Part shown: in pieces, positions 1-10,860 of the stretch
How the letters are laid out: the number at the start of each line of letters is the position of its first letter
Numbering within the stretch: position 1 is the first letter of the stretch
Assembly: GCA_030605195.1 (NCBI GenBank)
Contig: JAUWBB010000003.1
Location: forward strand, 1 to 38,443
Length of the DNA stretch: 38,443 bases
Reading direction: 5' to 3'
DNA from: Bacteroidota bacterium
GTDB taxonomy: Bacteria; Bacteroidota; Bacteroidia; Bacteroidales; VadinHA17
Notes under the pieces: model-generated
What the model was told of the DNA's origin: nothing
Databases searched by the model: none
Seen by the model: only the letters and a program-made list of their open reading frames with translations
Translations under genes and position numbers: made by a program

Positions 1-593
1 AGTATTATGTGATGGTTTATTTCCCGGCACAAAGAAATGATCTTCTCCAGGGTTAGTTTTTTTGTGTTATGCATGGCTCCAATCGCAAAACCGATATAGC
101 CCGAATGAAACAGGTCCGGAAGAGTTGCGGGATCGATTTCATCTTCTTCAGGAATAAAATAATCTAACCCTTCACCATCATTTTTAATATCAAAGATTTT
201 TAAGGTTTCGATATACCTGTCAACAATATGCACATCCGGAAGTCTGTCTATTTTTAATCTTACCAATAACCACTTTTTTAGATTGATTTTATTAAAAGAG
301 AGCGGAATTGCACTCAGGCACGATTTTACCAGAAAACTCCTTATGTTATGGTGAAGATCAATAATATAATGAAACTCTTCTTGTCGCAGCTCCTTTACTA
401 ATTCTGACAGATTACCATCATATTGATGTACTTTATCAACGTATGAATTAGCCATTACCAAAGGTACAAATTGTTTTTTTACAGCATAGTGAACCTCAGC
501 GTCTTCTACTTGCTTTTTCAGACATCTGACTGCCGGAGTAGTAAGAACAATATCGCCTATTGAACTAAATCGAATAAAAAGAAATTTCACCAC
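1..593 (-). CDS. Glycosyltransferase family 9 (ADP-heptose:LPS heptosyltransferase-like), runs off the window start
   Basis: Not in the ORF track. Manual translation from GTG at 593 (or 590) gives MVKFLFIRFSSIGDIVLTTPAVRCLKKQ, later IIDLHHNIRS and HIVDRY, typical of the GT9 N-terminus. Confidence 0.88.
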   Translation of the reverse strand, partial: MVKFLFIRFSSIGDIVLTTPAVRCLKKQVEDAEVHYAVKKQFVPLVMANSYVDKVHQYDGNLSELVKELRQEEFHYIIDLHHNIRSFLVKSCLSAIPLSFNKINLKKWLLVRLKIDRLPDVHIVDRYIETLKIFDIKNDGEGLDYFIPEEDEIDPATLPDLFHSGYIGFAIGAMHNTKKLTLEKIISLCREINHHII

Positions 594-640
594 CCGAATG
601 GTATAAGTTATATGTTATTGGTTAGCTGTTATTTGTTTAC

Positions 641-678
641 CCCATGAAATTCTGAAAGAAAAGCATATTTCACATGGG
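641..678. repeat. Imperfect palindromic element CCCATGAAAT...ATTTCACATGGG
   Basis: Inverted repeat seen directly; related element at 5465-5501. Confidence 0.6.
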
Positions 679-754
679 CGAGCCCTTTCAGATGAGCGAA
701 GTGGTAAAGCTTGAAAACATGTAGATATATCGGAAGAATTGTTAAAAAACCACA

Positions 755-1000
755 TTACTCAGCGGATTCAGCAAGAATCATCACATTATTCTTTTTCACT
801 TCGACAACACCATTTTTAATGTTGAAATAATCAATACGATCGTTTTCTTCCACTATTTTGACAATCCCTTCTTCGAGAGTGGAAATAATTGGAGCATGGT
901 TTTTTAAAATTGCAAAAGAGCCTTTTGTGCCAGGCACCTTTACAAGTTTTACTTCACCCGTAAATATTTTCTTGTCAGGAGTTATTATTTCTAAATACAC
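755..1000 (-). CDS. atpC: ATP synthase F1 epsilon subunit (short form, N-terminal domain only)
   Basis: LEIITPDK, VPGTKGSFAILKNHAPIISTL motif; downstream of atpD; GTG start. Confidence 0.95.
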   Translation of the reverse strand: MYLEIITPDKKIFTGEVKLVKVPGTKGSFAILKNHAPIISTLEEGIVKIVEENDRIDYFNIKNGVVEVKKNNVMILAESAE

Positions 1001-1085
1001 GGTATTTGTGTTTATGTATCGGAATTTTAAGATTATTCGTTGATTAATAATAAGTTATATCATTCTTATAAATATTTTTTTGTTA

Positions 1086-1520
1086 AAGGCTGAGGCTAAG
1101 GCTAAGGCTAAGATTTCTAACTGCACATATTAACCTTTTAGCCTTCATTTAGACTTTTTTTTTGACTTTATATTAACCTGCATTATTCATACAGAAGATA
1201 AAAGACAAAAGTAAAAAGTTAAAAGTGAATTATTTGCATAAGAAATTCAGATTACTTTTTTATGGAAAATTTAATCGTCTATCAAACATACTATGTTATT
1301 AGTACTTTTATCTTTATGATTAATTTGTGAACAGGAACGAAGTGGATCTCACCGAAGGTAATTAATCAGGCTAAATCCAGTTGCCATTGTGTTATAATTG
1401 TTTGATTGTTATTTACTTTTTTTTACACTGCCGATTGTAGACTGCCGACTTGAACTAGTTCCGGGTTCTTAGTTCTCAGTTCCTTTTGTATTTTAACATG
1501 CTCCCAGCGCTCTGCCCTAT
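1086..1520. repeat. Mosaic of short degenerate tandem repeats in the atpD-atpC spacer
   Basis: AAGGCT/GAGGCT units (1086-1111), AAAAG-based units (1200-1225), CTGCCGATT/CTGCCGACT (1428-1450), TTCTTAG/TTCTCAG (about 1466-1482). Confidence 0.6.
1242..1298 (-). repeat. 57-bp copy of a sequence also present at 29637-29694; contains a TAnnTTTG box
   Basis: Reverse complement aligns to 29637-29694 with 6 mismatches and 1 gap (manual alignment). Confidence 0.8.
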
Positions 1521-1521
1521 T

Positions 1522-3096
<1,575 letters not shown>

Positions 3097-3254
3097 TTAA
3101 ATTACTAATGTTCATACAATCATAATCAGATAAGATTCATTCCTGATCAACTAAGATGTTTATTTTAAAAATCGAAAAGAATTGAAGAATTATTTCACTC
3201 GTCAAATTTCAGATTTTTCCTGGATATTTTTTGTATTTTTATGAAAAAACTGAA

Positions 3255-3818
3255 ATGATAAAATTAAAATTTCTTTATCTGTCTGTCCTCTTTTTCCCCC
3301 TTTCAGTAAGTCTCCCGCTTAATGCCCAATTTACGAAGGTTGGAGGAGGTCTTGTTTTCGGTACAGGTTATGAATATCACCATGTCCGTACCGGAAATCC
3401 TGGAATAAACCTGACCGGAATCTATGAATTAAACCAACCATTCCACCTCTCACCGGGTTTTACTTATGTTTTACCAAAAAAAGACAAACTGGAATACGGT
3501 GATAGGAGAACGAGTTTAATAATGTTTGATTTAGATGCACATTATGTTTTTAATTATCTGGACCGTTTTGAATTTTATGGACTTGGAGGATTAAATATAA
3601 GTTTTGTAAAGTCAAAGTATCTTGGAGATGAATTTTACCTGGAAAATTTTTCCGATAACAGATTAGGTTTAAATGTTGGAGCAGGAACCTACATGAAATT
3701 TTCTGAACAAATGGATTTTTTTGGTGAACTTAAATACATCGTTGGTAAGTATGATCAGCTTGTGGTGACTATCGGTGTTCTTTTGGATGTCCAGTGGTTT
3801 GCCAAGCATGATGAGTGA
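3255..3818 (+). CDS. Outer-membrane beta-barrel protein (OmpA-like/porin family)
   Basis: Signal peptide ending LNAQ, alternating aromatic/Gly strands (FYGLGGLNI, LGLNVGAG, FFGELKY); likely ATG 3255. Confidence 0.8.
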   Translation: MIKLKFLYLSVLFFPLSVSLPLNAQFTKVGGGLVFGTGYEYHHVRTGNPGINLTGIYELNQPFHLSPGFTYVLPKKDKLEYGDRRTSLIMFDLDAHYVFNYLDRFEFYGLGGLNISFVKSKYLGDEFYLENFSDNRLGLNVGAGTYMKFSEQMDFFGELKYIVGKYDQLVVTIGVLLDVQWFAKHDE

Positions 3819-3869
3819 GCAGTGAAGAGGACGACATAGAATTGTCACATTGCTAAATTGTTGGGTGAG

Positions 3870-3917
3870 GAGCATAGAGTGCGTGGAGCAGAGCGCAAAG
3901 GGCGTAGTGCACAGCGC
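3870..3917. repeat. Degenerate heptamer tandem repeat (GAGCATA/GAGCGCA-like)
   Basis: gagcatagagtgcgtggagcagagcgcaaagggcgtagtgcacagcgc; a similar pattern in reverse lies at about 28345-28385. Confidence 0.5.
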
Positions 3918-3943
3918 TGAGAACGTATCACAGTGAATAGGAT

Positions 3944-3966
3944 GTAGAGCCGAATTGTATTCGGCT
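3944..3966 (+). repeat. GTAG-preceded REP-like hairpin
   Basis: GTAG-AGCCGAAT-TGT-ATTCGGCT, perfect 8-bp stem. Confidence 0.55.
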
Positions 3967-4005
3967 GGAAAGGGCACATTTTAAAACCTCAGTTTTTTAT
4001 TATTA

Positions 4006-4036
4006 CTCGTAGCCCGATCTGAAGTCGGACTACGAG
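4006..4036. repeat. REP-like hairpin with GTAG/CTAC ends; possible terminator between convergent genes
   Basis: CTCGTAGCCCGA-TCTGAAG-TCGGACTACGAG, 11 of 12 bp stem. Confidence 0.6.
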
Positions 4037-4243
4037 AAAATTCTGTCGTACCCTTACTATTAATCTTTACCCTTCAAGCGGTTTGTGCCATAGACATCCA
4101 TGCCAGAGAACCGAAAACATAATAGTGGCAGCAGGCAGTTCTCCACCTAAAGAAACTGTTATATCTATTTGCCTTATCGGAAAAAAAAATAAAAGTAAAA
4201 CAGCTTAATTACCACCTAATAACGCGAGGAGCGAGGGGACGAG

Positions 4244-5218
4244 CTAATTTTCCCTCTTCATCAAACCTTCTGCCAGCTTTATCAACTCGGACTTCCTGGA
4301 TTTTTCTGCACTTACTTTATCAAGATTCCGGAAGGCTTTCTGATAAAATGACTTCACCAGGTCGTCAGCCTGATCTCTGACCCCAAGTTCATCATAAATG
4401 GCTTTCACCGCTTTAATTTTATCTTTAGGATCAAAATGTTTCCGTTCAATCTGATGTTGGAGGTTTTCAAATATTGCACCATCAGCCAACTCAAAAGCTT
4501 TTATTAGAAGAAATGTTTTTTTATTGGCAACAATATCACCTCCCGTTTCTTTTCCGAAAATCTTTGGGTCTCCATATACATCCAGAACATCATCCTGCAG
4601 TTGGAAAGCCAACCCGAGGTTTTTGCCAAAATCATACATCAGATCAGCATCCTTTGTTGTTGCTCCGCCAATAATCGAACCAATTTTCAAACACGATGCA
4701 ATCAGTACGGATGTTTTTAATTCGATCATTTTTAAGTACCCTTCCAAACTGACTCTTTTGGCTTTTTCAAAATTCATATCATATTGCTGTCCTTCACATA
4801 CCTGAAGGGCCGTTTGAGTGAAAATTCCGGTTACATCGAGCAAAACACCAGGCCGGCATTTGGAAATATATTCATAAGCCAAAATTGACATCACATCGCC
4901 CGACAAAATCGCAATATTCTCATTCCACCTGGCATGAACGGTAGGATTATTCCGGCGTACAGTCGCTTTGTCCATGATATCATCATGCAATAGTGTGAAA
5001 TTATGAAAAATTTCCAGGCCTATGGCAGGATAAACTGCATCCTCAACATTATCTGAAAACAGATTGCAAGCCATTAATACTAATGAAGGGCGCAGTCGTT
5101 TTCCTTCCAAAGACAAAATATAACGTATGGGGTCGTACAGTTCTTTTGGTTCGGAATTAAATACCAGACCTGAAATGGCCTGGTTAATGGTTGCCTGGGA
5201 AGATTTTAAAGTGTACAT
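4244..5218 (-). CDS. Polyprenyl diphosphate synthase (IspA/GGPP synthase family)
   Basis: GKRLRP, HDDIMD..RR, FQLQDD, GKETGGDI motifs. Confidence 0.95.
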   Translation of the reverse strand: MYTLKSSQATINQAISGLVFNSEPKELYDPIRYILSLEGKRLRPSLVLMACNLFSDNVEDAVYPAIGLEIFHNFTLLHDDIMDKATVRRNNPTVHARWNENIAILSGDVMSILAYEYISKCRPGVLLDVTGIFTQTALQVCEGQQYDMNFEKAKRVSLEGYLKMIELKTSVLIASCLKIGSIIGGATTKDADLMYDFGKNLGLAFQLQDDVLDVYGDPKIFGKETGGDIVANKKTFLLIKAFELADGAIFENLQHQIERKHFDPKDKIKAVKAIYDELGVRDQADDLVKSFYQKAFRNLDKVSAEKSRKSELIKLAEGLMKREN

Positions 5219-5237
5219 GATTAAATATTGTAACTAT

Positions 5238-5459
5238 TCAGTTTACAATAATCTCTTTATAATATCCTTCTGCAATATTTCTACTGAGGCTATGAGAAGA
5301 ATCAATATCTTCATGAGCGTTCAGCGAATAATTAGATACTGTTTTCTTCAGTTCATAAGGGAATTTTGATAATAACTTAAATGTGAGGATATACAATTCA
5401 ACTGAATTATTCCAAACTCGTAATTGTTTAAACTCTCTGTTAATATTTTTTCTTTCCAT
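5238..5459 (-). pseudogene. Four helix bundle protein (23S rRNA IVS/bAvd-like family), truncated
   Basis: FKQLRVWNNSVELY...SLSRNIAEGY signature, then a stop after about 73 aa, well short of a full four-helix bundle. Confidence 0.8.
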
Positions 5460-5464
5460 TTTTC

Positions 5465-5501
5465 CCCTGTAGAAATAGCTCCCACGTTGCATTTCACAGG
5501 G
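5465..5501. repeat. Imperfect palindromic element CCCTGTAGAAAT...ATTTCACAGGG
   Basis: Inverted repeat directly upstream of the four-helix-bundle ATG; same family as 641-678. Confidence 0.6.
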
Positions 5502-5557
5502 CAGGCATTATTCCAACTGACACCTACTCATTTTCCGGATGAACCATATTTTATTTA

Positions 5558-5638
5558 TGCATTTTAGGCACTTATTCTATTAGACATTTTAAACTTTAGG
5601 CATTTTAGGCACTTTAGACATTTCTTTAATAGGCATTT
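5558..5638 (-). repeat. Octamer tandem repeat (TGCCTAAA-like), related to 36119-36170
   Basis: Repeated tttaggca/ttagaca units; 5592-5611 is the exact reverse complement of 36137-36156. Confidence 0.8.
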
Positions 5639-5709
5639 GTTGATATAACTATAAATGATAAAAACTTTGCAAAAACAATTGAGAGATAATAATATAAAAT
5701 CATTGCCTG

Positions 5710-6591
5710 CTATCCTCTTAACGCTTCGGCACCACCGACAATTTCGAGTATTTCTTTTGTAATAGCTGCCTGTCTGGCTTTATTGTAATGGAGGGTTAAT
5801 TCACGTATCAATTCTGTAGCGTTATCGGTTGCCTGGTGCATGGCCGTCATCCTGGCGCCTTGCTCGGAAACATAAGAATCCAATATTGCCTTGTAAAATT
5901 GTATTTTTAAAGCCCGGGGTATTATTTTTTTAATGATGTGATCCTTATCAGGTTCAAATATATAATCCAAGTTTCCGGTTTCTTTATCATGTGTCAAATC
6001 TATCTCAATGGGTAAGAATTGTTCAACGGTTAGAATTTGAACAGCAGCATTCTTAAACTGGTTGTAAACCAATTCAATTTTATCGTATTTAGCATTCAGA
6101 AAATCGTTTATGGTTTGCTCAGCTAACGGAGCCACCTTGTCAAAACTCAGATCATCAAACAATTCATTATACGAAGCAACAATCTGGTATTTCCTCGATT
6201 TCAGTAATTCCGTTCCTTTTTTACCGATGGTTAGAAATTGAAGATTTCCTTTTTGCAATAGGTCCGTGTAAGTTTCATGTGCTAATTCTAACGATTGCCT
6301 TATTACATTGGCATTAAAAGGCCCACATAATCCCCGGTTTGATGTAACAACCACGATCAATACCTTTTCCAGTTCTCTTTCGGATGTAAAGATATTTTCC
6401 TCATTTTCCTGAATATCTTCGTTGAGACTTGCCAGTACCTCATGGAGTTTATTGGCGTATGGCCTTAATTGAATGATTCTGTCCTGTGCCTTTCTGAGTT
6501 TCGAAGCGGCAACCATTTTCATAGCAGAGGTAATTTTCCGTGTCGATCTTACACTTGCAATTCTTGTACGTATTTCTTTCAGGCTTTCCAT
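5710..6591 (-). CDS. atpG: ATP synthase F1 gamma subunit
   Basis: KITSAMKMVAASK, RGLCG, SEQGARMTAM, RQAAITKEI. Confidence 0.98.
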   Translation of the reverse strand: MESLKEIRTRIASVRSTRKITSAMKMVAASKLRKAQDRIIQLRPYANKLHEVLASLNEDIQENEENIFTSERELEKVLIVVVTSNRGLCGPFNANVIRQSLELAHETYTDLLQKGNLQFLTIGKKGTELLKSRKYQIVASYNELFDDLSFDKVAPLAEQTINDFLNAKYDKIELVYNQFKNAAVQILTVEQFLPIEIDLTHDKETGNLDYIFEPDKDHIIKKIIPRALKIQFYKAILDSYVSEQGARMTAMHQATDNATELIRELTLHYNKARQAAITKEILEIVGGAEALRG

Positions 6592-6619
6592 GTAGATATC
6601 TCAATGGAAATCAGTTAAT

Positions 6620-8206
6620 TTAGTCAATATCTTGATATTTGGAAGCTATTTCCAGGGCAACTTTTTCCAGGGTATTTGCTGTTTCACCGGTAAGTGTTCC
6701 TTCCTTAATGGAATCCAAAATTTCTTGATGTTTTAGTTCAAGATACTCGATAAATTCTACTTCAAAATCTTTTATTTTTTCAACCGGGACATTTTTAAGC
6801 AATGCTTTTGTTCCGCAAAATATAATGGCAACTTGTTTTTCGACAAGGACAGGTGAATACTGTCCTTGTTTCAGGATTTCAACATTCTTAGCCCCTTTAT
6901 TCAGAATGGCAAGGGTTGCGGCGTCCAGGTCGGAACCGAATTTTACAAAAGCTTCCAGTTCGCGGTATTGAGCCTGATCGAGTTTCAGGGTTCCGGCAAC
7001 CTGTTTCATTGCTCTGATCTGGGCAGCACCCCCAACACGGGAAACCGAAATACCCACATTAATAGCAGGTCGAATACCGGTATTAAACAAGTCGGTTTCC
7101 AGAAATATCTGTCCATCCGTAATGGAAATAACATTGGTTGGAATATAAGCGGAAACATCCCCTGCCTGTGTTTCAATGATGGGTAATGCTGTTAGTGAAC
7201 CACCCCCTTTAACCATATGCCTGATGGAGTCAGGAATATCGTTCATTTTAGAAGCAATTTTGTCGGATTCAATAATTTTCGCAGCTCTTTCAAGCAAGCG
7301 CGAATGCAGATAGAATACATCCCCAGGGTAAGCCTCCCGTCCCGGAGGTCGTCTTAAAAGAAGGGAAACCTCGCGGTAAGAAACTGCCTGTTTAGACAAA
7401 TCATCATATATTATCAAGGCAGCCCTTCCTGTATCTCTAAAAAATTCACCTAATGCTGCTCCCGCGAACGGTGCATAAAATTGGGATGCAGCCGGATCGG
7501 AAGCATTAGCGGAAACAATGATCGTATAATCCATTGCTCCATAATCCTCGAGAGTCTTGAAAATGCTTGCAACCGTTGAGCCCTTTTGTCCAATGGCTAC
7601 ATAAATACAATAAACCGGCTTCCCTTGCTTGTAAAATTCTTTCTGATTTATTATGGTGTCGATAGCAATGGCTGTTTTCCCGGTCTGACGGTCACCAATA
7701 ATCAATTCGCGCTGTCCCCTGCCAATCGGTATCATAGCATCAATAGCCTTTATACCGGTTTGAATGGGTTCATTTACAGGTTGCCGAAAGATCACTCCCG
7801 GTGCTTTCCTTTCAAGAGGCATTTCATATGTCTTCCCCTGAATAGGACCTTTACCATCCAATGGTTCACCCATGGTTGATATAACACGCCCCAGAAGTCC
7901 TTCTCCTGCATGGATAGAGGCAATTCTTCCGGTTCTTTTAACAATATCTCCTTCTTTTATTTCTTCGGATGAACCTAAAAGAACGGCACCAACATTATCT
8001 TCCTCAAGGTTTAAAACAATAGCTTCTATTCCATTTTCAAACTCGATTAGTTCATTTGCCTGAACGTTTGATAACCCATAAATCCTGGCAATGCCATCTC
8101 CAACCTGTAAAACAGTCCCAACCTCTTCAAGTTCAATATCCAGTTGAATTCCTTCCAGTTGTTTTTTAAGGATTTTTGAAACTTCTGCCGGTTTAATGTG
8201 AATCAT
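6620..8206 (-). CDS. atpA: ATP synthase F1 alpha subunit
   Basis: [31 protein letters not shown]. Confidence 0.99.
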   Translation of the reverse strand: MIHIKPAEVSKILKKQLEGIQLDIELEEVGTVLQVGDGIARIYGLSNVQANELIEFENGIEAIVLNLEEDNVGAVLLGSSEEIKEGDIVKRTGRIASIHAGEGLLGRVISTMGEPLDGKGPIQGKTYEMPLERKAPGVIFRQPVNEPIQTGIKAIDAMIPIGRGQRELIIGDRQTGKTAIAIDTIINQKEFYKQGKPVYCIYVAIGQKGSTVASIFKTLEDYGAMDYTIIVSANASDPAASQFYAPFAGAALGEFFRDTGRAALIIYDDLSKQAVSYREVSLLLRRPPGREAYPGDVFYLHSRLLERAAKIIESDKIASKMNDIPDSIRHMVKGGGSLTALPIIETQAGDVSAYIPTNVISITDGQIFLETDLFNTGIRPAINVGISVSRVGGAAQIRAMKQVAGTLKLDQAQYRELEAFVKFGSDLDAATLAILNKGAKNVEILKQGQYSPVLVEKQVAIIFCGTKALLKNVPVEKIKDFEVEFIEYLELKHQEILDSIKEGTLTGETANTLEKVALEIASKYQDID

Positions 8207-8228
8207 TATTAAATATGTTTTAATCAGG

Positions 8229-8771
8229 TTAGTATTTTCCTGTTAGTTCTCTTTTAATTTTTTTTAGCTCTGAAGATACGCTTGCATTAAACAAATGATC
8301 TTCTATTCTCAAAACAAAACCTCCTATCAGACTCTCTTCAACCTTACCAGCCAAATCGACTTTTGTTTTATAAGCTTTGTCAATTAAATCGATGATTCTG
8401 TTCCTGACTTCACGGTCAACCGGAGTTGCCGTTGTTAATGTGGCTGAAGTAATTCCTTTGTGCTTCTTATACACACTAATAAATCTGCATATAATATCCG
8501 GAATAAATGTTTCTCTTTTGTTTAATATGATCAGGTCGAGGAAATTAAGGGTAAGTTTATTTACATCCGGTCTAAACACTTCACGCACAATAACCTTTTT
8601 CTTTGACGCGGGAATTATCGGACTATGAAACAAGTCCGTTAATTCACTTACCTGCCGGCATATATCAAGCACAAAGACAACATCATTATGGACCTTATCC
8701 AACACCTTTTTTTCTTTAGCCGACAAAAAAAGTGCCTTTGCGTATCTTACTGCAATTTTGCTGTCGTTCAT
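8229..8771 (-). CDS. atpH: ATP synthase F1 delta subunit
   Basis: [19 protein letters not shown]; operon position. Confidence 0.95.
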   Translation of the reverse strand: MNDSKIAVRYAKALFLSAKEKKVLDKVHNDVVFVLDICRQVSELTDLFHSPIIPASKKKVIVREVFRPDVNKLTLNFLDLIILNKRETFIPDIICRFISVYKKHKGITSATLTTATPVDREVRNRIIDLIDKAYKTKVDLAGKVEESLIGGFVLRIEDHLFNASVSSELKKIKRELTGKY

Positions 8772-8813
8772 TATAAAGACCTAATCATCAAATCTATCGA
8801 ACCGGTTTACAGG

Positions 8814-9308
8814 TTAATTAAACTTAATTTCGTTTAAGAGTTTATCTATCAATTCTTTTTGATCCTCTTTCCCGGCAAGTTTTTGTTTTAAAATTTTCTC
8901 GGCAATCTCAACAGAGAATGTTGCAACCTGGTTTTTAATATCTGCAATAGCTGCCGTTTTCTCATTTTCAATGCTTAAACGGGCTGCCTCAATGATTTTA
9001 CCGGCTTCTTCAGAGGCCTGTTCTTTGGCCTCCTGAATCATTTTTTCTTTTACCTGTCTGGCTTCTTTTAGCAGGCCATCCCTCTCGACTTTTACTTTCC
9101 TGATCATAGCTTCATTATCAGCCTCCAGTTTCATCATTTCTTCATGAGCTTTTTCGGCCGATAACAAGGCATCCTCGATAGAATGTTCCCGCTCCTTCAA
9201 AGCATTTAAAATGGGTTTCCAGGCAAATTTTTTAAGTATCCACAATACAAGTCCAAAGGATATAATCATCCAAAATAGTAAACCAAATCCCGGAGTAACA
9301 AGTTCCAT
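8814..9308 (-). CDS. atpF: ATP synthase Fo subunit b
   Basis: GLLFW...KFAWKPILNALKERE followed by a coiled coil. Confidence 0.96.
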   Translation of the reverse strand: MELVTPGFGLLFWMIISFGLVLWILKKFAWKPILNALKEREHSIEDALLSAEKAHEEMMKLEADNEAMIRKVKVERDGLLKEARQVKEKMIQEAKEQASEEAGKIIEAARLSIENEKTAAIADIKNQVATFSVEIAEKILKQKLAGKEDQKELIDKLLNEIKFN

Positions 9309-9398
9309 ATTTAACGTTTGAATATTTTCTTAAACCATTTTTTAATAAAAACTTTACAGTTCAACCAATCGTTGAACTGCAAAGCCTTAATCTTTTTC

Positions 9399-9659
9399 TT
9401 ACTCTGTGAAAAGAATCAGCAAACAGACAACAACCGCGAAAAAAGAAACTCCTTCAATCAGAGCTGCCGAAACGATCATATTGGCACGTATGTCTCCTGC
9501 TGCTTCGGGCTGGCGGGCAATAGATTCAACTGCTGTCGCACCTATCCGCGAGATACCCATACTCGCAGCCATAGCTGTAGCTGCTGCTCCAAATGCAGCG
9601 CCCAATTTGCCCAAAGCTGAACCAGCAGCGACCTGTAATAAAACTGATAAAGTGATCAT
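9399..9659 (-). CDS. atpE: ATP synthase Fo subunit c
   Basis: IARQPEA loop, ALIEG carboxylate; two hydrophobic helices. Confidence 0.96.
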   Translation of the reverse strand: MITLSVLLQVAAGSALGKLGAAFGAAATAMAASMGISRIGATAVESIARQPEAAGDIRANMIVSAALIEGVSFFAVVVCLLILFTE

Positions 9660-9686
9660 AATAAAATAGATTTGGTTAAAAATATA

Positions 9687-10796
9687 TTAATGATGTTCTG
9701 CTATTGCCATACCAAAATACAAAGCAGATAATAAGGTGAAAACATATGCCTGAATAAGGGCTACCAGAAGCTCAAGAAAGGTCATAAATATTGTAAATAG
9801 TATAGATAAGGGTGAAACAACGAATCCTAACGTCACCTGCATGTCACCGAAAACAAAAATAAGAGCAAAAAAGCCAAGTGCAATAATATGACCAGCAGTG
9901 ATGTTTGCAAAAAGACGGATCATCAGAATCAACGGTTTGGTTAACATCCCGATGATTTCAATAATCGGTACAAGAGGGAGAGGTATCTTCAGCCAAAAAG
10001 GAATTTCCGGAGAGTTGAAAATTTCCTGCCAATAAAATTTATTTCCATTAATCGCTGTAACAACAAAAGTAAAGGCTGCCAGAACCATTGTTACTGTGAT
10101 ATTACCTGTAACATTGGCGCCACCCGGGAAAATGGGTATCAAACCCATCATGTTGTTTATCCAAATAAAGAAAAACAGGGTAAGAAGGTATGGCATAAAT
10201 TTCTCATATTTCTTTTCCCCTATGGAAGGTATTGCAATCTCGTCCCGTATAAAAAGGATAATAGGTTCTACAAAATTCTGAAGGCCTTTGGGGGCTTTAC
10301 CCTGGTTGTTCTTATACACCCTTGCCACTGAAATAAAAACCCACAACATCAGGATAATACAAATAAAAATCGCAAAAACGTTTTTTGAAATGGATAAATC
10401 TATAGGCCGGGTATCCGTACCATCCTCCATAAGTTCTACAACCTTCCCTTCATACTTTCCCTCATGTGCAATTTTAAACCCTTTGTATGAATCGTGACCA
10501 TGGTGGAACTTGCTGGAAAGAAAAACATTTAACCCTTTTGTCTTACTATAAACGATAACAGGTAAGGGAATGCTTAAATGAAAATCCTTATAGGTTAGAA
10601 TGTGCCAATCGTAAGCATCTTTTATATGATCAAAGATGAAATCGCCAGGTTTAAATTCTTTATTTTGTTCTTCACTTTCTGCCTGATGTGTATGTTCCTC
10701 TGTTTCTTGCAAAGCAATGATATAACCAAAAGCAGGAGATAGGTTTAAAAAAATAATAATAACAAATATTGCTGAAAATCCAGAATTGCAAGTCAT
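9687..10796 (-). CDS. atpB: ATP synthase Fo subunit a (long Bacteroidota form)
   Basis: IRLFANITAGH, LIQAYVFTLLS. Confidence 0.97.
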   Translation of the reverse strand: MTCNSGFSAIFVIIIFLNLSPAFGYIIALQETEEHTHQAESEEQNKEFKPGDFIFDHIKDAYDWHILTYKDFHLSIPLPVIVYSKTKGLNVFLSSKFHHGHDSYKGFKIAHEGKYEGKVVELMEDGTDTRPIDLSISKNVFAIFICIILMLWVFISVARVYKNNQGKAPKGLQNFVEPIILFIRDEIAIPSIGEKKYEKFMPYLLTLFFFIWINNMMGLIPIFPGGANVTGNITVTMVLAAFTFVVTAINGNKFYWQEIFNSPEIPFWLKIPLPLVPIIEIIGMLTKPLILMIRLFANITAGHIIALGFFALIFVFGDMQVTLGFVVSPLSILFTIFMTFLELLVALIQAYVFTLLSALYFGMAIAEHH

Positions 10797-10860
10797 TTAA
10801 TAATTTTTGAACATTAACAAAAATAATGAAAAAGATTAAAATCTGCCGGAAACAAGGAAT

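Noticed and set aside
3669-3977. 102-aa minus-strand ORF
   Set aside because: Translation of repeat tracts and antisense overlap with the OMP gene; no recognisable domain.
5238-5638. Diversity-generating retroelement, given the Avd-like fold
   Set aside because: No reverse transcriptase and no TR/VR pair with adenine-specific differences in the window.
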